NCBI GenBank assembly: GCA_044356215.1
Contig: JBIKWQ010000016.1
Coordinates: forward strand, 1 to 47,987
Reading direction: 5' to 3'
From: Bdellovibrionota bacterium
GTDB taxonomy: Bacteria > Bdellovibrionota_C > UBA2361 > OMII01
DNA: 47,987 nt
The number at the start of each line of letters is the position of its first letter. The stretch's first letter is position 1. The notes beneath the pieces are model-generated. The model saw only the letters and a list, made by a program, of their open reading frames with translations. It was not told the DNA's origin and made no database searches. The translations under genes were made by a program, and so were the position numbers. Positions 10,029 to 22,608 of the stretch are shown here, in pieces.

Positions 10029-10912
10029 AGCCCAAACGCGCTCTTTACATTCGCAAGCGAAGACTCAGAAAGAGGCGCTAACGGAAGCCTGACAGTCGGG
10101 TGCGCTATCTCTCCCCGCATAGCTAGTACAGCCTTCACTGGTACAGGATTGGATTCAACGAAGAGAGATCTAATCTTAGACAAGTTTTCCAACTGCGCTC
10201 GGCGCGCGCCTTGGGCGTCGCCCTTCTCCCACAACCTCACTAACGATGACATCTCAACCGGCAAAGCGTTAGCTGCCGCCGATATCGCTCCCACTCCTCC
10301 ATACGCTAAAACCGCCAACGTCAATGAATCATCTCCACTAACTACTTGGCAGTCTTTGCTAACACAGCCAATAGTGTCGGCCACCGCATCTATCGAGCCC
10401 GTGGACTCCTTGATTCCACAGATTAACCCTTCCCTACTTAACTGGCCTAAAGTAGCTGGGGTAATCGCTACACCACTTCTTCCAGGGATATTGTAAGCGA
10501 TTAAGGGAAGAGACGTCGCGCTATAAATAGCCCTAAAGTGCTCGATGATTCCAAGTTGTGAGGGCTTATTATATGGAGGGGTCGCGACTAGAATACCATC
10601 GCAACCTACTTCCTCCGAATACTTCGCCAACTCAACCGCTTTAGCTGTCGCGCTTACTGAGATTCCACTTATGCAGGGCATTACACCCTTAGTTCTCTCC
10701 CTTACAAACCGAACTACCTCGCGATACTCATTGTCAGATAAAGTAGCTGCTTCTCCTGTTGAGCCGCAAACAACTACCCCAGATACACCACCTGCTTTTT
10801 GAATTTCAATCAACTTCGAGAGCGACTCGTAGTCAACTTGAGAACCGTCCTTGGAGAAGGGAGTTATTAAAGCGGTGAAGATTCCCTTGATATTCACAGA
10901 TCTGTTATTCAT
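10025..10912 (-). CDS. dapA: 4-hydroxy-tetrahydrodipicolinate synthase
   Basis: TALITPF, GSTGEAATL, YNIPGRSG, GIKES, ESNPVPVK. Start moved to ATG 10912, which has a GGAG SD. Confidence 0.96.
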   Translation of the reverse strand: MNNRSVNIKGIFTALITPFSKDGSQVDYESLSKLIEIQKAGGVSGVVVCGSTGEAATLSDNEYREVVRFVRERTKGVMPCISGISVSATAKAVELAKYSEEVGCDGILVATPPYNKPSQLGIIEHFRAIYSATSLPLIAYNIPGRSGVAITPATLGQLSREGLICGIKESTGSIDAVADTIGCVSKDCQVVSGDDSLTLAVLAYGGVGAISAAANALPVEMSSLVRLWEKGDAQGARRAQLENLSKIRSLFVESNPVPVKAVLAMRGEIAHPTVRLPLAPLSESSLANVKSAFGL

Positions 10913-10982
10913 GATTTTATCTCCGTAGTGGCAAGTACCTTCCAAACCCGGCTTTTAATTTTCGTTTTACTAAATTTTAGCT

Positions 10983-11636
10983 TTACTGAGCGGGCTGTGT
11001 GGCCAGCGCCTGCTGATTCGCTATCTCATCTGAAACCGTTGTTACAACAGCACTCTGAGCCCCCTGAAAAACTATCTTAATAAGCTGCCCAACCTGTCCC
11101 TCTGTGCCACCCTGATTCTGCGGCACTACTTGGTAAACATAAGTCTTACCAAGCTCTGGAGAGGTGTCGCTAAATGAAAACTTCATCTGCTCCTCGGGAA
11201 CCTTTACCGAACGCCCGATCTTCCCGGCAGCCCGCGCCTCTTTGCGAAGCTGATCACGTACCTCTACATGAGCATCTTTAACAAAACCCAACTTCTCGAA
11301 CCTCACTTCAGGATCCGTCTCATCACCACGACGGATAAGCTCCTTTCGTTCAATGGAATAACCCTCCACAGACTTCAGTTCCTTTCCGCGACGATCCTTA
11401 TCAGAGGCCACCCACGTTAGAAGAACTCCCTTCGCGTCTGTGGTAACTGTAAGATTCTCGACCATCGCTGGAGCAAGCTCCTCAGGAGTTATCGGGGCTC
11501 GATACCGCGCGCAGCCAGGCAACATAAAGCTCGCGATTAAGATGACTCCACTAATCAACCTGGCGAAACCCAACTTACCTTGATCAGCCTCGCCCCTAAT
11601 CATCTTAAAATTGGTCATTGAGATCACTCGCATCAA
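10983..11636 (-). CDS. lipoprotein with an FN3-like beta domain upstream of dapA
   Basis: Lipobox LPGC followed by a Pro-rich linker, then VLLTW...GYSIER...FSDT...YVYQV (FN3-like pattern). Exact start uncertain. Confidence 0.7.
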   Translation of the reverse strand: MMRVISMTNFKMIRGEADQGKLGFARLISGVILIASFMLPGCARYRAPITPEELAPAMVENLTVTTDAKGVLLTWVASDKDRRGKELKSVEGYSIERKELIRRGDETDPEVRFEKLGFVKDAHVEVRDQLRKEARAAGKIGRSVKVPEEQMKFSFSDTSPELGKTYVYQVVPQNQGGTEGQVGQLIKIVFQGAQSAVVTTVSDEIANQQALATQPAQ

Positions 11637-11660
11637 ACTAATCCGCCGCGCCTCTGGGCG

Positions 11661-14102
11661 CTACTTATCCATGAAGCCACGCAAACGCTTGCTGCGGCTC
11701 GGGTGACGCAGCTTACGTAGCGCTTTCGCCTCAATCTGCCGGATACGCTCACGGGTTACATCAAAGTTCTGTCCAACCTCCTCAAGGGTATGGTCGCTCT
11801 TCTCTCCAATTCCAAAACGCATGCGCAATACCTTCTCCTCGCGAGGTGTTAGAGTCGCGAGAACTTTGCGGGTCTGCTCCTGCAGATTCATATTAACCAC
11901 GGCGTTAGCTGGTGAGACCACTCGCTTGTCCTCGATGAAATCACCGAGATGCGAATCCTCCTCCTCACCGATTGGTGTCTCAAGCGATATAGGCTCCTTG
12001 GCGATCTTGAGGACCTTACGAACCTTATCGATTGGGATCTCCATCTTCTCAGCGATCTCCTCAGGTGTCGGCTCACGTCCGAGGTCCTGAACTAGCTGCC
12101 TAGATGTCCTGACTAACTTATTGATCGTCTCGATCATGTGAACAGGAATACGGATGATACGCGCCTGATCCGCGATAGCGCGCGTAATCGCCTGACGAAT
12201 CCACCATGTGGCGTATGTCGAGAATTTATAGCCACGTTGATACTCGAACTTATCCACCGCCTTCATCAGACCGATATTGCCTTCCTGAATTAGATCCAGG
12301 AACTGCAGACCACGATTGGTGTATTTCTTCGCGATTGAAACTACCAGACGAAGATTAGCCTCGATCAACTGATCCTTGGCGAGTCTAGCGCGAATCTCTC
12401 CATCTTTTAGAATCCTGACGCTATCACCAAAGCGATTAGCGCTCATCATGGCCCGATACTCTAACTGCTGAATAATCCCGTAAGCTCTGCGAATCGGATC
12501 TGTCCAGTGCTTGAGATCCGTACTCTTTAGTTTGAGGCGCTTACCAGCACGTTTAACTGCTACCTGATCCTCAGAGAGCAGCTCCGCCATTGAGTCGACC
12601 AGCTCCTCTACATTCGTGCCCAGTTTACGAGCCGCCGTGTCGATACTTCTAAAGACGTCGCGACGCTCTTCATCAGAAGCCTTAACAAGCTCGATCATCT
12701 TGTTAAATTGCTTCTGGTTGAGGTTTAGCTCCTCGATCTTTGCCGCGTTCTTCGTTAGCTGCTTGTAGAATTTCTTCTCTCGATCAGAATCAACCCTCTT
12801 TTCAAGAGGTAACTCCATCAACTGCTCATAGAGAGTTCTAGTATCCTTGATCGATTTGCGATAAGGAGTTGCCTTAGCGAGAAACTTCTTCTTCTGCTCC
12901 TCATCCTCCTGATTCTGTGGAGTTGGCTTAGGAGCTATCTCTTGGCCATCCTCGTCGAACTTAGGCTCCTCCTCCTCTTCTTCCTCCTCCTTCTCGCTCT
13001 CCTGCTCAGCATCATCCTCAGCAAAGAGATCTCGTAACCGGATCTCGTCGTTCTTTACCTTGTCAAACAGGCTCACGACATAATCCAGCGCGATCGGCTG
13101 CTTCAATAACTGTTCGCGGATCGCTAGGAGTCCCGATTCGATTCTCTTTGCAATCTCAACTTCGCCCTCTCGGGTTAAGAGACTCACGTTACCCATCTCA
13201 CGGAGGTACTGGCGAACTGGATCTGTGCTACGACCAAGAGAGCCTGGTTCTAAAACTTCCGGCGCCGCGTCTAATCCCACGGAACCGTCTCCGGCTTCCT
13301 CTTGCGGCTCGGCTGGCTGCTCAATGATATCGATATCGTGCTCACCGAAGCGGGCGACCACCTCATCGACCTGCTCCTCAGTCATTACCTCTCCGGCTAA
13401 GGCCTCATTGACCTCATCCATCGTGATGTAACCCTTTTCTTTTCCGATCTCGATCAACCGACTGATACGTGTCTCTATATCGCCACGCTCAGTCATATCG
13501 ATTGCGCTGTCGATGTCCGCAAGCTCTGCTTCGACACCAACCTCAAATCCAGTTAATTCCTGGAGACCATCATCGAGATCACCCACGATAATGTCACGGT
13601 CGATCGCGAGAGCCTCTTTATCAGCATCGACCGGTTTTTTAGGTTCCTTTGTTAGGGGTTTGATTAAAGGCTTTACAGGAGCCTTCTCACCAACTGTTTG
13701 TATTTGCTTTGCCGCTGAACCAGATTGCTGCGTGCTACTACCCTTCGTTAATAACGGCTTAATCGTTGCTGCCTTCGCTGGAAGAGCTTTGACTTGCTGC
13801 GCCTTCTGTGGCGCGACTACCTTAGTCGGCCTCTTGGTGGCACCTGCCGCGGCGGCGCGGTTCTCCTTCGATTTAGATTGCGCCTTTAATTTCGTGCCCT
13901 TCTTAAGCTTGAGTCTCTTTAGCTTCTCGCTGGCGCTCTTGAATTTCTTACTTGAGCTTGTGGCCTTGAGTTTAATTTTTGCTTTTACTTTACCACTGGG
14001 TTTTCCCCCGCGAAGACCTTTGTTACGACCCGCTCCGCCTTTTTTTTGAACCACGCTGATACTCCCTGAAGAGAAAATGAATTTCCGTGGGAGTGTAGCC
14101 AT
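11661..14102 (-). CDS. rpoD: RNA polymerase primary sigma factor with a long basic N-terminal extension
   Basis: Region 1.1 ([13 protein letters not shown]), [65 protein letters not shown]. Follows dnaG. Confidence 0.98.
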   Translation of the reverse strand: MATLPRKFIFSSGSISVVQKKGGAGRNKGLRGGKPSGKVKAKIKLKATSSSKKFKSASEKLKRLKLKKGTKLKAQSKSKENRAAAAGATKRPTKVVAPQKAQQVKALPAKAATIKPLLTKGSSTQQSGSAAKQIQTVGEKAPVKPLIKPLTKEPKKPVDADKEALAIDRDIIVGDLDDGLQELTGFEVGVEAELADIDSAIDMTERGDIETRISRLIEIGKEKGYITMDEVNEALAGEVMTEEQVDEVVARFGEHDIDIIEQPAEPQEEAGDGSVGLDAAPEVLEPGSLGRSTDPVRQYLREMGNVSLLTREGEVEIAKRIESGLLAIREQLLKQPIALDYVVSLFDKVKNDEIRLRDLFAEDDAEQESEKEEEEEEEEPKFDEDGQEIAPKPTPQNQEDEEQKKKFLAKATPYRKSIKDTRTLYEQLMELPLEKRVDSDREKKFYKQLTKNAAKIEELNLNQKQFNKMIELVKASDEERRDVFRSIDTAARKLGTNVEELVDSMAELLSEDQVAVKRAGKRLKLKSTDLKHWTDPIRRAYGIIQQLEYRAMMSANRFGDSVRILKDGEIRARLAKDQLIEANLRLVVSIAKKYTNRGLQFLDLIQEGNIGLMKAVDKFEYQRGYKFSTYATWWIRQAITRAIADQARIIRIPVHMIETINKLVRTSRQLVQDLGREPTPEEIAEKMEIPIDKVRKVLKIAKEPISLETPIGEEEDSHLGDFIEDKRVVSPANAVVNMNLQEQTRKVLATLTPREEKVLRMRFGIGEKSDHTLEEVGQNFDVTRERIRQIEAKALRKLRHPSRSKRLRGFMDK

Positions 14103-14117
14103 TTGATGGGCCTAGGT

Positions 14118-16028
14118 CTACCCCCTGAGCATGCTGTCAAGTTGACTTTTTAACGCCTTCATCCGCTCAAAAATCTCGGTCTGTTTCTGAGGATCGTCAG
14201 CGCAGACTCCAAGCTCAGCCTGACACTCTCTAATTAGAAGCGAGAGCTTCTCTCGCCTAAAGCCATTTACCGTCTTCTGATAGACCTCCTGGGGACCTTC
14301 ATCGCTCAGGGTAACCATCCGGTGGGCCTCTCGCCAAAGCGCGATCCAGTCATCTCCAAGATCCTGTAAATACTCTTTAATTTCCTGCTTTAGGGAATCA
14401 TCATCCTGAGTGCGCCGCAAGATCTCCGCCAACCCCATTAGAAAGCGCATCGACTCAGGTTGGAGCATCTCGCAAATGTCCCCGTTGTTTATCACCTGAG
14501 ACAGGATCTCCCCTCTTAAAACCATCACCACCCGTATCAGCGCCAGGTCGGACTTCGGGAGCTGATTCGGGGAACGGGGCTGATCTAAGGCCGCAGAGCC
14601 ACTTTGCGGGCCGTGATCTGGCGCATCCTGCGGCCCTGTCATCTTGGCGTCTCCGTTAGAACGATTCTGGGGTCCCTGCGCCCCGACCCCAGAACGATAC
14701 CCCGCTATTAAGCGATCTATCTGTGAAGTCTCGATCTTAAGCCGTCTCGCGACTCGATTGATCAACGAAGAACGAACCACCTCTCGCTGAACTTCAGCGA
14801 CTGCTTTCGCGACCTCATCGCAAACCTTACCCAATAGATTTGGACCTGGATCCTCTCCCGCTCCGCAACCGGATCGCCTCAAGACACCATCAACAAAGGT
14901 ATCAATCAATAAAGACTTCGGTAGCTCTGTTAACTTTTTTCCGGTGTTGGAGCCATGCATAGCGGCGAAATCATCAGGGTCAATTTCATCTGGTAGGAAG
15001 CAGGCAGTTACATCCAGTTCCGCGTTGCGAGCGGCGGTGAAAGATTTCGCAGCCGCGTTCCTTCCGGCTTCGTCACCATCAAATAGCAGATGCACTCTAC
15101 TGCATACCCCTGATAGTCGCTTGATGTGTTGCTCAGTTAGCGCCGTACCACAACACGCTACTACATTGTGGACACCTCGCATCGCCAAGCCGATTACATC
15201 CATGTATCCCTCGACGACATACACCTCGCCTGCTTGACGGACAGCGTTCATTGCTTGTGGCAGGCCATAGAAAGTCTTGCTCTTCTGATAAATAGGCGTC
15301 TCGGGAGAATTGACATATTTCGGTGACTGCTGTTCATAGGAAGCCTCAAACACGCCTGGCACGAGCCTTCCTCCGAATCCCGAGATCCTCTTTTGATCCA
15401 CAAAGATCGGAAATATCAATCGGCCTCTGAACAACTCATACAGGTCTCCCGATGAAGACCTCCTCACAAGACCCGAGAGCAATATCGTTTCCTGATCGAA
15501 ACCGGCTTTCAACAGGAGATCTAGCAACACTCCTTTCTGATTTGGACAGTACCCGATTCCAAACGTATTAATCGCGTCCGCGGTCAATCCGCGCTTGCGA
15601 AGATACTCACCAACTCTCTGAAACTCCCCCTGCCCGCCTTTCACTCGCATCAACGAGTGCCTGAAAAAATTCTGCGCTGTTTGACAGAGAGCAAATAGTT
15701 TTTCTCGATCGACCTTAGGGCCCGCGGATCTTCCAGACTCGTACTTGAGCTCAATTCCAAAGCGGCTCGCCAGGAACTCGATCGAATCGGGAAAACTCAT
15801 CGCTTTGGTGGCCATCGTAAAAGAGATGACGTTACCCGAGGCTCCACATCCGAAGCAGTGGTAAGAGTTGCTTTGCTCCCTGACAAAAAAAGAAGGCGAG
15901 CGTTCAGAGTGAAATGGGCAGAGCCCAGAATAGTTAACACCAGAGCGGCGCAGCTTAACCGTCTCTGAGACCACCTCGACTATCGAGGCCTCTCGTTTAA
16001 CCCGCTCTATACTCTCTTGAGAAATCAC
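14118..16028 (-). CDS. dnaG: DNA primase
   Basis: CPFH...CFGC zinc finger, KYVNSPET, VEGYMDV, FDGDEAG TOPRIM motif, DPDD. Confidence 0.97.
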   Translation of the reverse strand: MISQESIERVKREASIVEVVSETVKLRRSGVNYSGLCPFHSERSPSFFVREQSNSYHCFGCGASGNVISFTMATKAMSFPDSIEFLASRFGIELKYESGRSAGPKVDREKLFALCQTAQNFFRHSLMRVKGGQGEFQRVGEYLRKRGLTADAINTFGIGYCPNQKGVLLDLLLKAGFDQETILLSGLVRRSSSGDLYELFRGRLIFPIFVDQKRISGFGGRLVPGVFEASYEQQSPKYVNSPETPIYQKSKTFYGLPQAMNAVRQAGEVYVVEGYMDVIGLAMRGVHNVVACCGTALTEQHIKRLSGVCSRVHLLFDGDEAGRNAAAKSFTAARNAELDVTACFLPDEIDPDDFAAMHGSNTGKKLTELPKSLLIDTFVDGVLRRSGCGAGEDPGPNLLGKVCDEVAKAVAEVQREVVRSSLINRVARRLKIETSQIDRLIAGYRSGVGAQGPQNRSNGDAKMTGPQDAPDHGPQSGSAALDQPRSPNQLPKSDLALIRVVMVLRGEILSQVINNGDICEMLQPESMRFLMGLAEILRRTQDDDSLKQEIKEYLQDLGDDWIALWREAHRMVTLSDEGPQEVYQKTVNGFRREKLSLLIRECQAELGVCADDPQKQTEIFERMKALKSQLDSMLRG

Positions 16029-16034
16029 GCGAGT

Positions 16035-16547
16035 TTAAGCCTCGTCTCCTTCGATAACTATCTCCTCAGTTTCCTCATAGGTCAGGGCCAGCTCTATGAT
16101 CTCGTACTCCCTAGCGCCTCCCGGAAGCGGCACTTTGACAACATCGCCTAGCTCTTTACCAATCAAACCTTTTCCAAGTGGCGCCTCAAAAGAGATCCAC
16201 CCCTTCTCAACATCCGACTCCTCAGCGCCGTAAATACTGATCACTTTGCGCTCTCCGCTGTCGACATCCTCAATCGTTACAGTCGCTCCAAACACGACCC
16301 GATCAGTTATGTTTAGCTTGCGAGGATCGATAATCTCAGCCATCGCCAAACGTGTCTCCATGTCACGGATCTTGGCCTCAACCATTCCTGATTTCTCTTT
16401 GGCCGCATCGTAATCTCCGTTCTCAGAGAGATCGCCGTGACCACGGGCGATCTCTATAGCCCGCGCCAGCTCAGGTCGCATAGCTTTGAGCTTCTTTAGT
16501 TCTGTTCTTAGCGCGGCGTATCCACGCGGTGTCATCGGTCGCTTCAT
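16035..16547 (-). CDS. greA: transcription elongation factor GreA
   Basis: ARGHGDLSENGDYDAAKE, VVFGATV, ISFEAPLGKGLIGK. Confidence 0.95.
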   Translation of the reverse strand: MKRPMTPRGYAALRTELKKLKAMRPELARAIEIARGHGDLSENGDYDAAKEKSGMVEAKIRDMETRLAMAEIIDPRKLNITDRVVFGATVTIEDVDSGERKVISIYGAEESDVEKGWISFEAPLGKGLIGKELGDVVKVPLPGGAREYEIIELALTYEETEEIVIEGDEA

Positions 16548-16599
16548 AGCCGGCCTCTCTGCATAAAATCAGTTCTACTCTAAGCGTGGCGCAAATACA

Positions 16600-17154
16600 T
16601 TACGCTCGGCTCTGATACTCTCCAGTATCTGTGTTGATAATTACCTTGTCTCCGACATTAACGAACTGCGGAACAGATAGCTGTAGTCCAGTGTCAGTCT
16701 TCGCTGGTTTAGGCGAGTTAGTCGCCGTAGCTCCCTTCATAGTTGGCTCTGTATCCACAATCTCAAGTGTGACTGTCTGCGGCAACTGAATTCCAATCGG
16801 ATTGTCCTCATAAACTGAGAGCTGCACCTGCATCCCTTCTTGAACGAAATATTTACCTAAGCCGATCATATCCTCGGAGATAGTTACCTCCTCGTAGGTC
16901 TCACTGTTCATAAAGTGAAAACCATTCTGATCAGAGTAAAGGAAAGTGGCCGGCTGATTAAATACATCAGCGGTTTCGATATCCTCTGTGGAGCTAAAGC
17001 GATGCTCAGTCTGCTTGCCATCGAAAAGATTACGCAGCTTCATCTGAACCATAGCGCGCAGATTTCCAGGGGTGTGGTGGTGAAAATCCATCACACTGTA
17101 AAGGCTGTTCTTAAACTTAAGAACCGTTCCACGCCTTACATCTTTAGCCTTCAT
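16600..17154 (-). CDS. efp: translation elongation factor P (PGN-type loop)
   Basis: HHTPGNLRAMVQ loop, FMNSETYE, DTEP..KGATA..KPA..DTG, Y.SRA C-terminus. Confidence 0.95.
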   Translation of the reverse strand: MKAKDVRRGTVLKFKNSLYSVMDFHHHTPGNLRAMVQMKLRNLFDGKQTEHRFSSTEDIETADVFNQPATFLYSDQNGFHFMNSETYEEVTISEDMIGLGKYFVQEGMQVQLSVYEDNPIGIQLPQTVTLEIVDTEPTMKGATATNSPKPAKTDTGLQLSVPQFVNVGDKVIINTDTGEYQSRA

Positions 17155-17231
17155 AACTACCCGTTGCTTACAAGCGCGATCTTAAATAATTCGCCCGACC
17201 AAAATCAAGCAAATCCAACCAATCTGGCGGA

Positions 17232-18710
17232 TTAAGCCAGAAGTTTAATGGTCTCGTCGACTCGGGATAGTACCCTATTCCGACCCAGAACCGCAAACGA
17301 CTCAAAAAGTGGTGGTGTGACCGTCTTTCCGGTAACCGCTATCCGCAGTACCACAAAGGCTGGCCCAGGTTTCAGACCTAGATCGGTAGCAACCCCCCGT
17401 AAGGCTTGATCAATAGCGGCTACAGAGAATTCAGGAAGCTGCTCTAAAGCCACCTTGGACCGGGTCAGAATCTCGACTGCTTTAGCTGAATCAACACCCT
17501 TCTGGAACATCGCGTCCATCTGCCTAGCCAGCGGTCTATCCATCAGAAAGTCTACCATCGCCGGAACTTCTGTAAGTAGCTTAACTCGCTCTTGAACATG
17601 AGGCGCAATCGCGGCAAACATCTCATCTGACAACTCTATCCCTGCAGCTTTGATAAACGGTGTAGCTCGCTCGATAAAATCACCAACACTCAAACCTCGA
17701 ATGTAGAGCCCGTTCATCCACTCCATCTTGGTCATATCAAAGACGCCACTAGCGGCGTTAATTCCCTCAAGAGAGAACTGTGACACTAACTCTTCACGAG
17801 TAAATATCTCCTGGTCACTCCCCTCTCCTGGAGCCCAACCGATCAGCGAAACAAAGTTAAGTACTGCCTCGGCGAGAAATCCACGTTCGCGCGCCTCTCG
17901 CGACGTAGCCGCTCCAGTTCGCTTAGATAACTTCTTGCCATCTGGTCCATTAACCACTGGAAAATGTGCTATGATAGGAGGCTCCCAGCCAAGCGCCTCA
18001 TAAACCAGCAAATGAATCGGAGTAGATGAGAGCCACTCTACCCCACGGAGAACGTGACTGATCCGCATATCGTGATCATCGACTACCACAGCTAGATGGT
18101 ATGTAGGCGACCCGTCACTCTTTAAAAGCACAGTGTCTCTTAACTGGATCTGCTCCCAAGTAACTTTCCCCCGCACTCCATCATTAAAACTGATCGCTCT
18201 CTTCTGCGGAATCTTTAACCTCACTACATGCGGGCGATCCGCTGGCACTTCTCTGGTGCGGCAGTATCCCGAGTAACCTGGAAGCTCTTTCCGAGCCATC
18301 TGCTCATTTCGCTCACGCTCCAACATCTCAGGAGTGCAATCGCACCGATAAGCGAAGCCTTTCGAGATCAACTCATCCGCTACTTCTTTATACCTAGGAA
18401 GCCTCAAGCTCTGAATGTAGGGACCACACGGCCCACCGATATCCGGAGCTCCTTCCCATGATTCACCGATCTTCTCTAGTTCAGCTCTACTTGGGCCCTC
18501 ATCGGGTTGAATACCGAACCACGCCAACTCCTCAAGGATAAAACGGATCGCCCCCGGCACAGTCCTCTCGCGGTCTGTATCCTCTATTCGCAGAAGAAAC
18601 TGGCCCCCGTGACGCTTAGCTAAAAGCCAGGCAAAGAAAGCAGTACGGAATCCCCCTAAATGCTGAAAGCCGGTGGGTGAAGGGGCAAAACGGGTTCGAA
18701 CTTCTTTCAT
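17232..18710 (-). CDS. gltX: glutamate--tRNA ligase
   Basis: RTRFAPSPTG, HLGG, LRIEDTD, VVDDHDMRISHVLRG, KLSKR, LRIAVTG anticodon domain. Confidence 0.97.
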   Translation of the reverse strand: MKEVRTRFAPSPTGFQHLGGFRTAFFAWLLAKRHGGQFLLRIEDTDRERTVPGAIRFILEELAWFGIQPDEGPSRAELEKIGESWEGAPDIGGPCGPYIQSLRLPRYKEVADELISKGFAYRCDCTPEMLERERNEQMARKELPGYSGYCRTREVPADRPHVVRLKIPQKRAISFNDGVRGKVTWEQIQLRDTVLLKSDGSPTYHLAVVVDDHDMRISHVLRGVEWLSSTPIHLLVYEALGWEPPIIAHFPVVNGPDGKKLSKRTGAATSREARERGFLAEAVLNFVSLIGWAPGEGSDQEIFTREELVSQFSLEGINAASGVFDMTKMEWMNGLYIRGLSVGDFIERATPFIKAAGIELSDEMFAAIAPHVQERVKLLTEVPAMVDFLMDRPLARQMDAMFQKGVDSAKAVEILTRSKVALEQLPEFSVAAIDQALRGVATDLGLKPGPAFVVLRIAVTGKTVTPPLFESFAVLGRNRVLSRVDETIKLLA

Positions 18711-18755
18711 GATAAATAATTAATCTCGTTTTTTAGTAAAGTGATAGGCCGGCCA

Positions 18756-18784
18756 AGTATAATCAAGTAGATGTAATGTGGCAA
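18756..18784 (-). promoter_or_regulatory. putative sigma70 promoter for the gltX-efp-greA-dnaG-rpoD run (TTGCCA-N17-TATACT)
   Basis: Near-consensus hexamers, 17-bp spacer, GC-rich discriminator TGGCCGGCC. Confidence 0.65.
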
Positions 18785-18875
18785 AATGTTTGTAAATCTG
18801 TGGTTAGGAGCCGAATTTGCTGGTTTTTACGGGTAATTTGGGCCACCTAGTCGTCAATATAGCGTCCCTCACTTC

Positions 18876-20936
<2,061 letters not shown>

Positions 20937-20947
20937 TTATCTTCAGA

Positions 20948-21454
20948 TCAGGCTCCCTTGGCGTAAACCTTAAAAACGCAACCATCCGCTGGTTCTTCAG
21001 AGACTAGGCGGAAGTGCTCCTCAAAGCTAGGGAGCCAGGCGTCTCCGTCATGAGATCCGTTGATGACAGTCAGGTGAACCTCATCGCACACCGGTAACAA
21101 CGATTGATAAAGCTGCGCCCCTCCGATAACCCAGACCATTTTGGATCCATTCGACGCCGCGGCGCTGGCTACTTCAATCCCCTCTTCTGGAGACCGGGCC
21201 TTAAGCACCCCCTCAGGTAGTTCTAATTCTGCGACATCTCGCGACACCACAACATTTATCCTGCCTGGCAAAGGTCTGTACGCGTCCGGCAGAGACTCCC
21301 AGGTCTTACGGCCCATCAACACCACATTCCCTTTAGTCAGAGCGCGGAAACGCGCCATATCAGCGGGAACATTCCAAGGCAACGCACCTTTGATACCGAT
21401 CACCCTGGAGCTATCCATAGCGACGATCGCCGCTATCTTAGGTGAGACACTCAT
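20948..21454 (-). CDS. folA: dihydrofolate reductase
   Basis: [40 protein letters not shown]. Overlaps thyA by 4 nt. Confidence 0.96.
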   Translation of the reverse strand: MSVSPKIAAIVAMDSSRVIGIKGALPWNVPADMARFRALTKGNVVLMGRKTWESLPDAYRPLPGRINVVVSRDVAELELPEGVLKARSPEEGIEVASAAASNGSKMVWVIGGAQLYQSLLPVCDEVHLTVINGSHDGDAWLPSFEEHFRLVSEEPADGCVFKVYAKGA

Positions 21455-22275
21455 ACAGCTATATCAAAAACTATCTTCTCGTGAGGGTTGTAGTTCTCAA
21501 GGGTGAAATCCTCATACGAGAACCCGAAGATATCTTTCACATCAGGATTGATCTTCATCGTTGGCAACGGCCTCGGCTCGCGCTCTAGCTGTAGCAAGGC
21601 ACCTTCAACGTGGTTAGAGTATATATGCACATCACCAAAGGTATGCACAAACTCATAAGGCTTTAGACCTGTAACCTGAGCGACCATCATAAGAAACAAA
21701 GAGTAGCTGGCGATATTAAAAGGCACCCCTAACATAAGATCCGCGGACCGCTGATAAAGCTGCAAACTCAGGCGATCTCCAGAGACATAGAACTGAAAAA
21801 GTGTGTGACAAGCCGGAGGAGCGACCTCTGGAAGATCGGCTGGATTAAAAGATATGACGACAATACGGCGACTCATCGGATTTGTTTTAATCGTATCGAT
21901 AGCACGCTGAATCTGATCAACTTTTCCTTTCGGTCCCTCCCAAGAACGCCACTGCTTACCGTAAACGGGGCCAAGCTCACCATCGGAGTTAGCCCATTCA
22001 TCCCAGATAGAAACCTTATGCTCTTTTAGGTAACGAATATTCGTCTCGCCTTTTAAAAACCATAGGAGCTCATAGATGATCGACTTTAGATGTACCTTCT
22101 TTGTTGTTACAAGAGGGAAGCCTTCCTCTAGATTAAAACGCATCTGGCGCCCGAAGACTGAGTACGTTCCAACTCCGGTTCGATCGGGCCGCACGATAGC
22201 TCCGGCTTTCTCAACTCCGGACTCAGGCTTGCCGTTTTCAAGAATGTCTTTAACTAGATCTAGGTACTGCTTCAT
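21451..22275 (-). CDS. thyA: thymidylate synthase
   Basis: [26 protein letters not shown] catalytic Cys, QRSAD..LGVPFN. Start set to ATG 22275 (MKQYLDL). Confidence 0.97.
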   Translation of the reverse strand: MKQYLDLVKDILENGKPESGVEKAGAIVRPDRTGVGTYSVFGRQMRFNLEEGFPLVTTKKVHLKSIIYELLWFLKGETNIRYLKEHKVSIWDEWANSDGELGPVYGKQWRSWEGPKGKVDQIQRAIDTIKTNPMSRRIVVISFNPADLPEVAPPACHTLFQFYVSGDRLSLQLYQRSADLMLGVPFNIASYSLFLMMVAQVTGLKPYEFVHTFGDVHIYSNHVEGALLQLEREPRPLPTMKINPDVKDIFGFSYEDFTLENYNPHEKIVFDIAV

Positions 22276-22608
22276 ACGCCTCTGGTAATCTACACTATGA
22301 CCAGGAGGAGCATACTTCCAGCGGGGCTGAGACATCAAGGAGGTGTCTGGAATTACGCATAGTGAGGGAGATATCTCGTAGAGGTGGTGTCCGCGGACTT
22401 ACTTACCCCGATACTGTCGCTAAGCCGTACCAGATCGGCTACCTAACCAACTGAATTGAACAGGATTTACCACTTATGATACCCTACCCGAGTTATCCTC
22501 AATAACAAAGGGAGTTCAACGATCGGGGCCGATTAGGCCTCGATGAAAATGGGAAATATAAATTGAAGCCGACCAAAGAGGCGCTACTAATCTAAAGAAC
22601 CAGTATAG

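Noticed and set aside
22380..22470. tRNA gene or remnant (TGGTG... start)
   Set aside because: No TTCGA T-loop and no cloverleaf on either strand.
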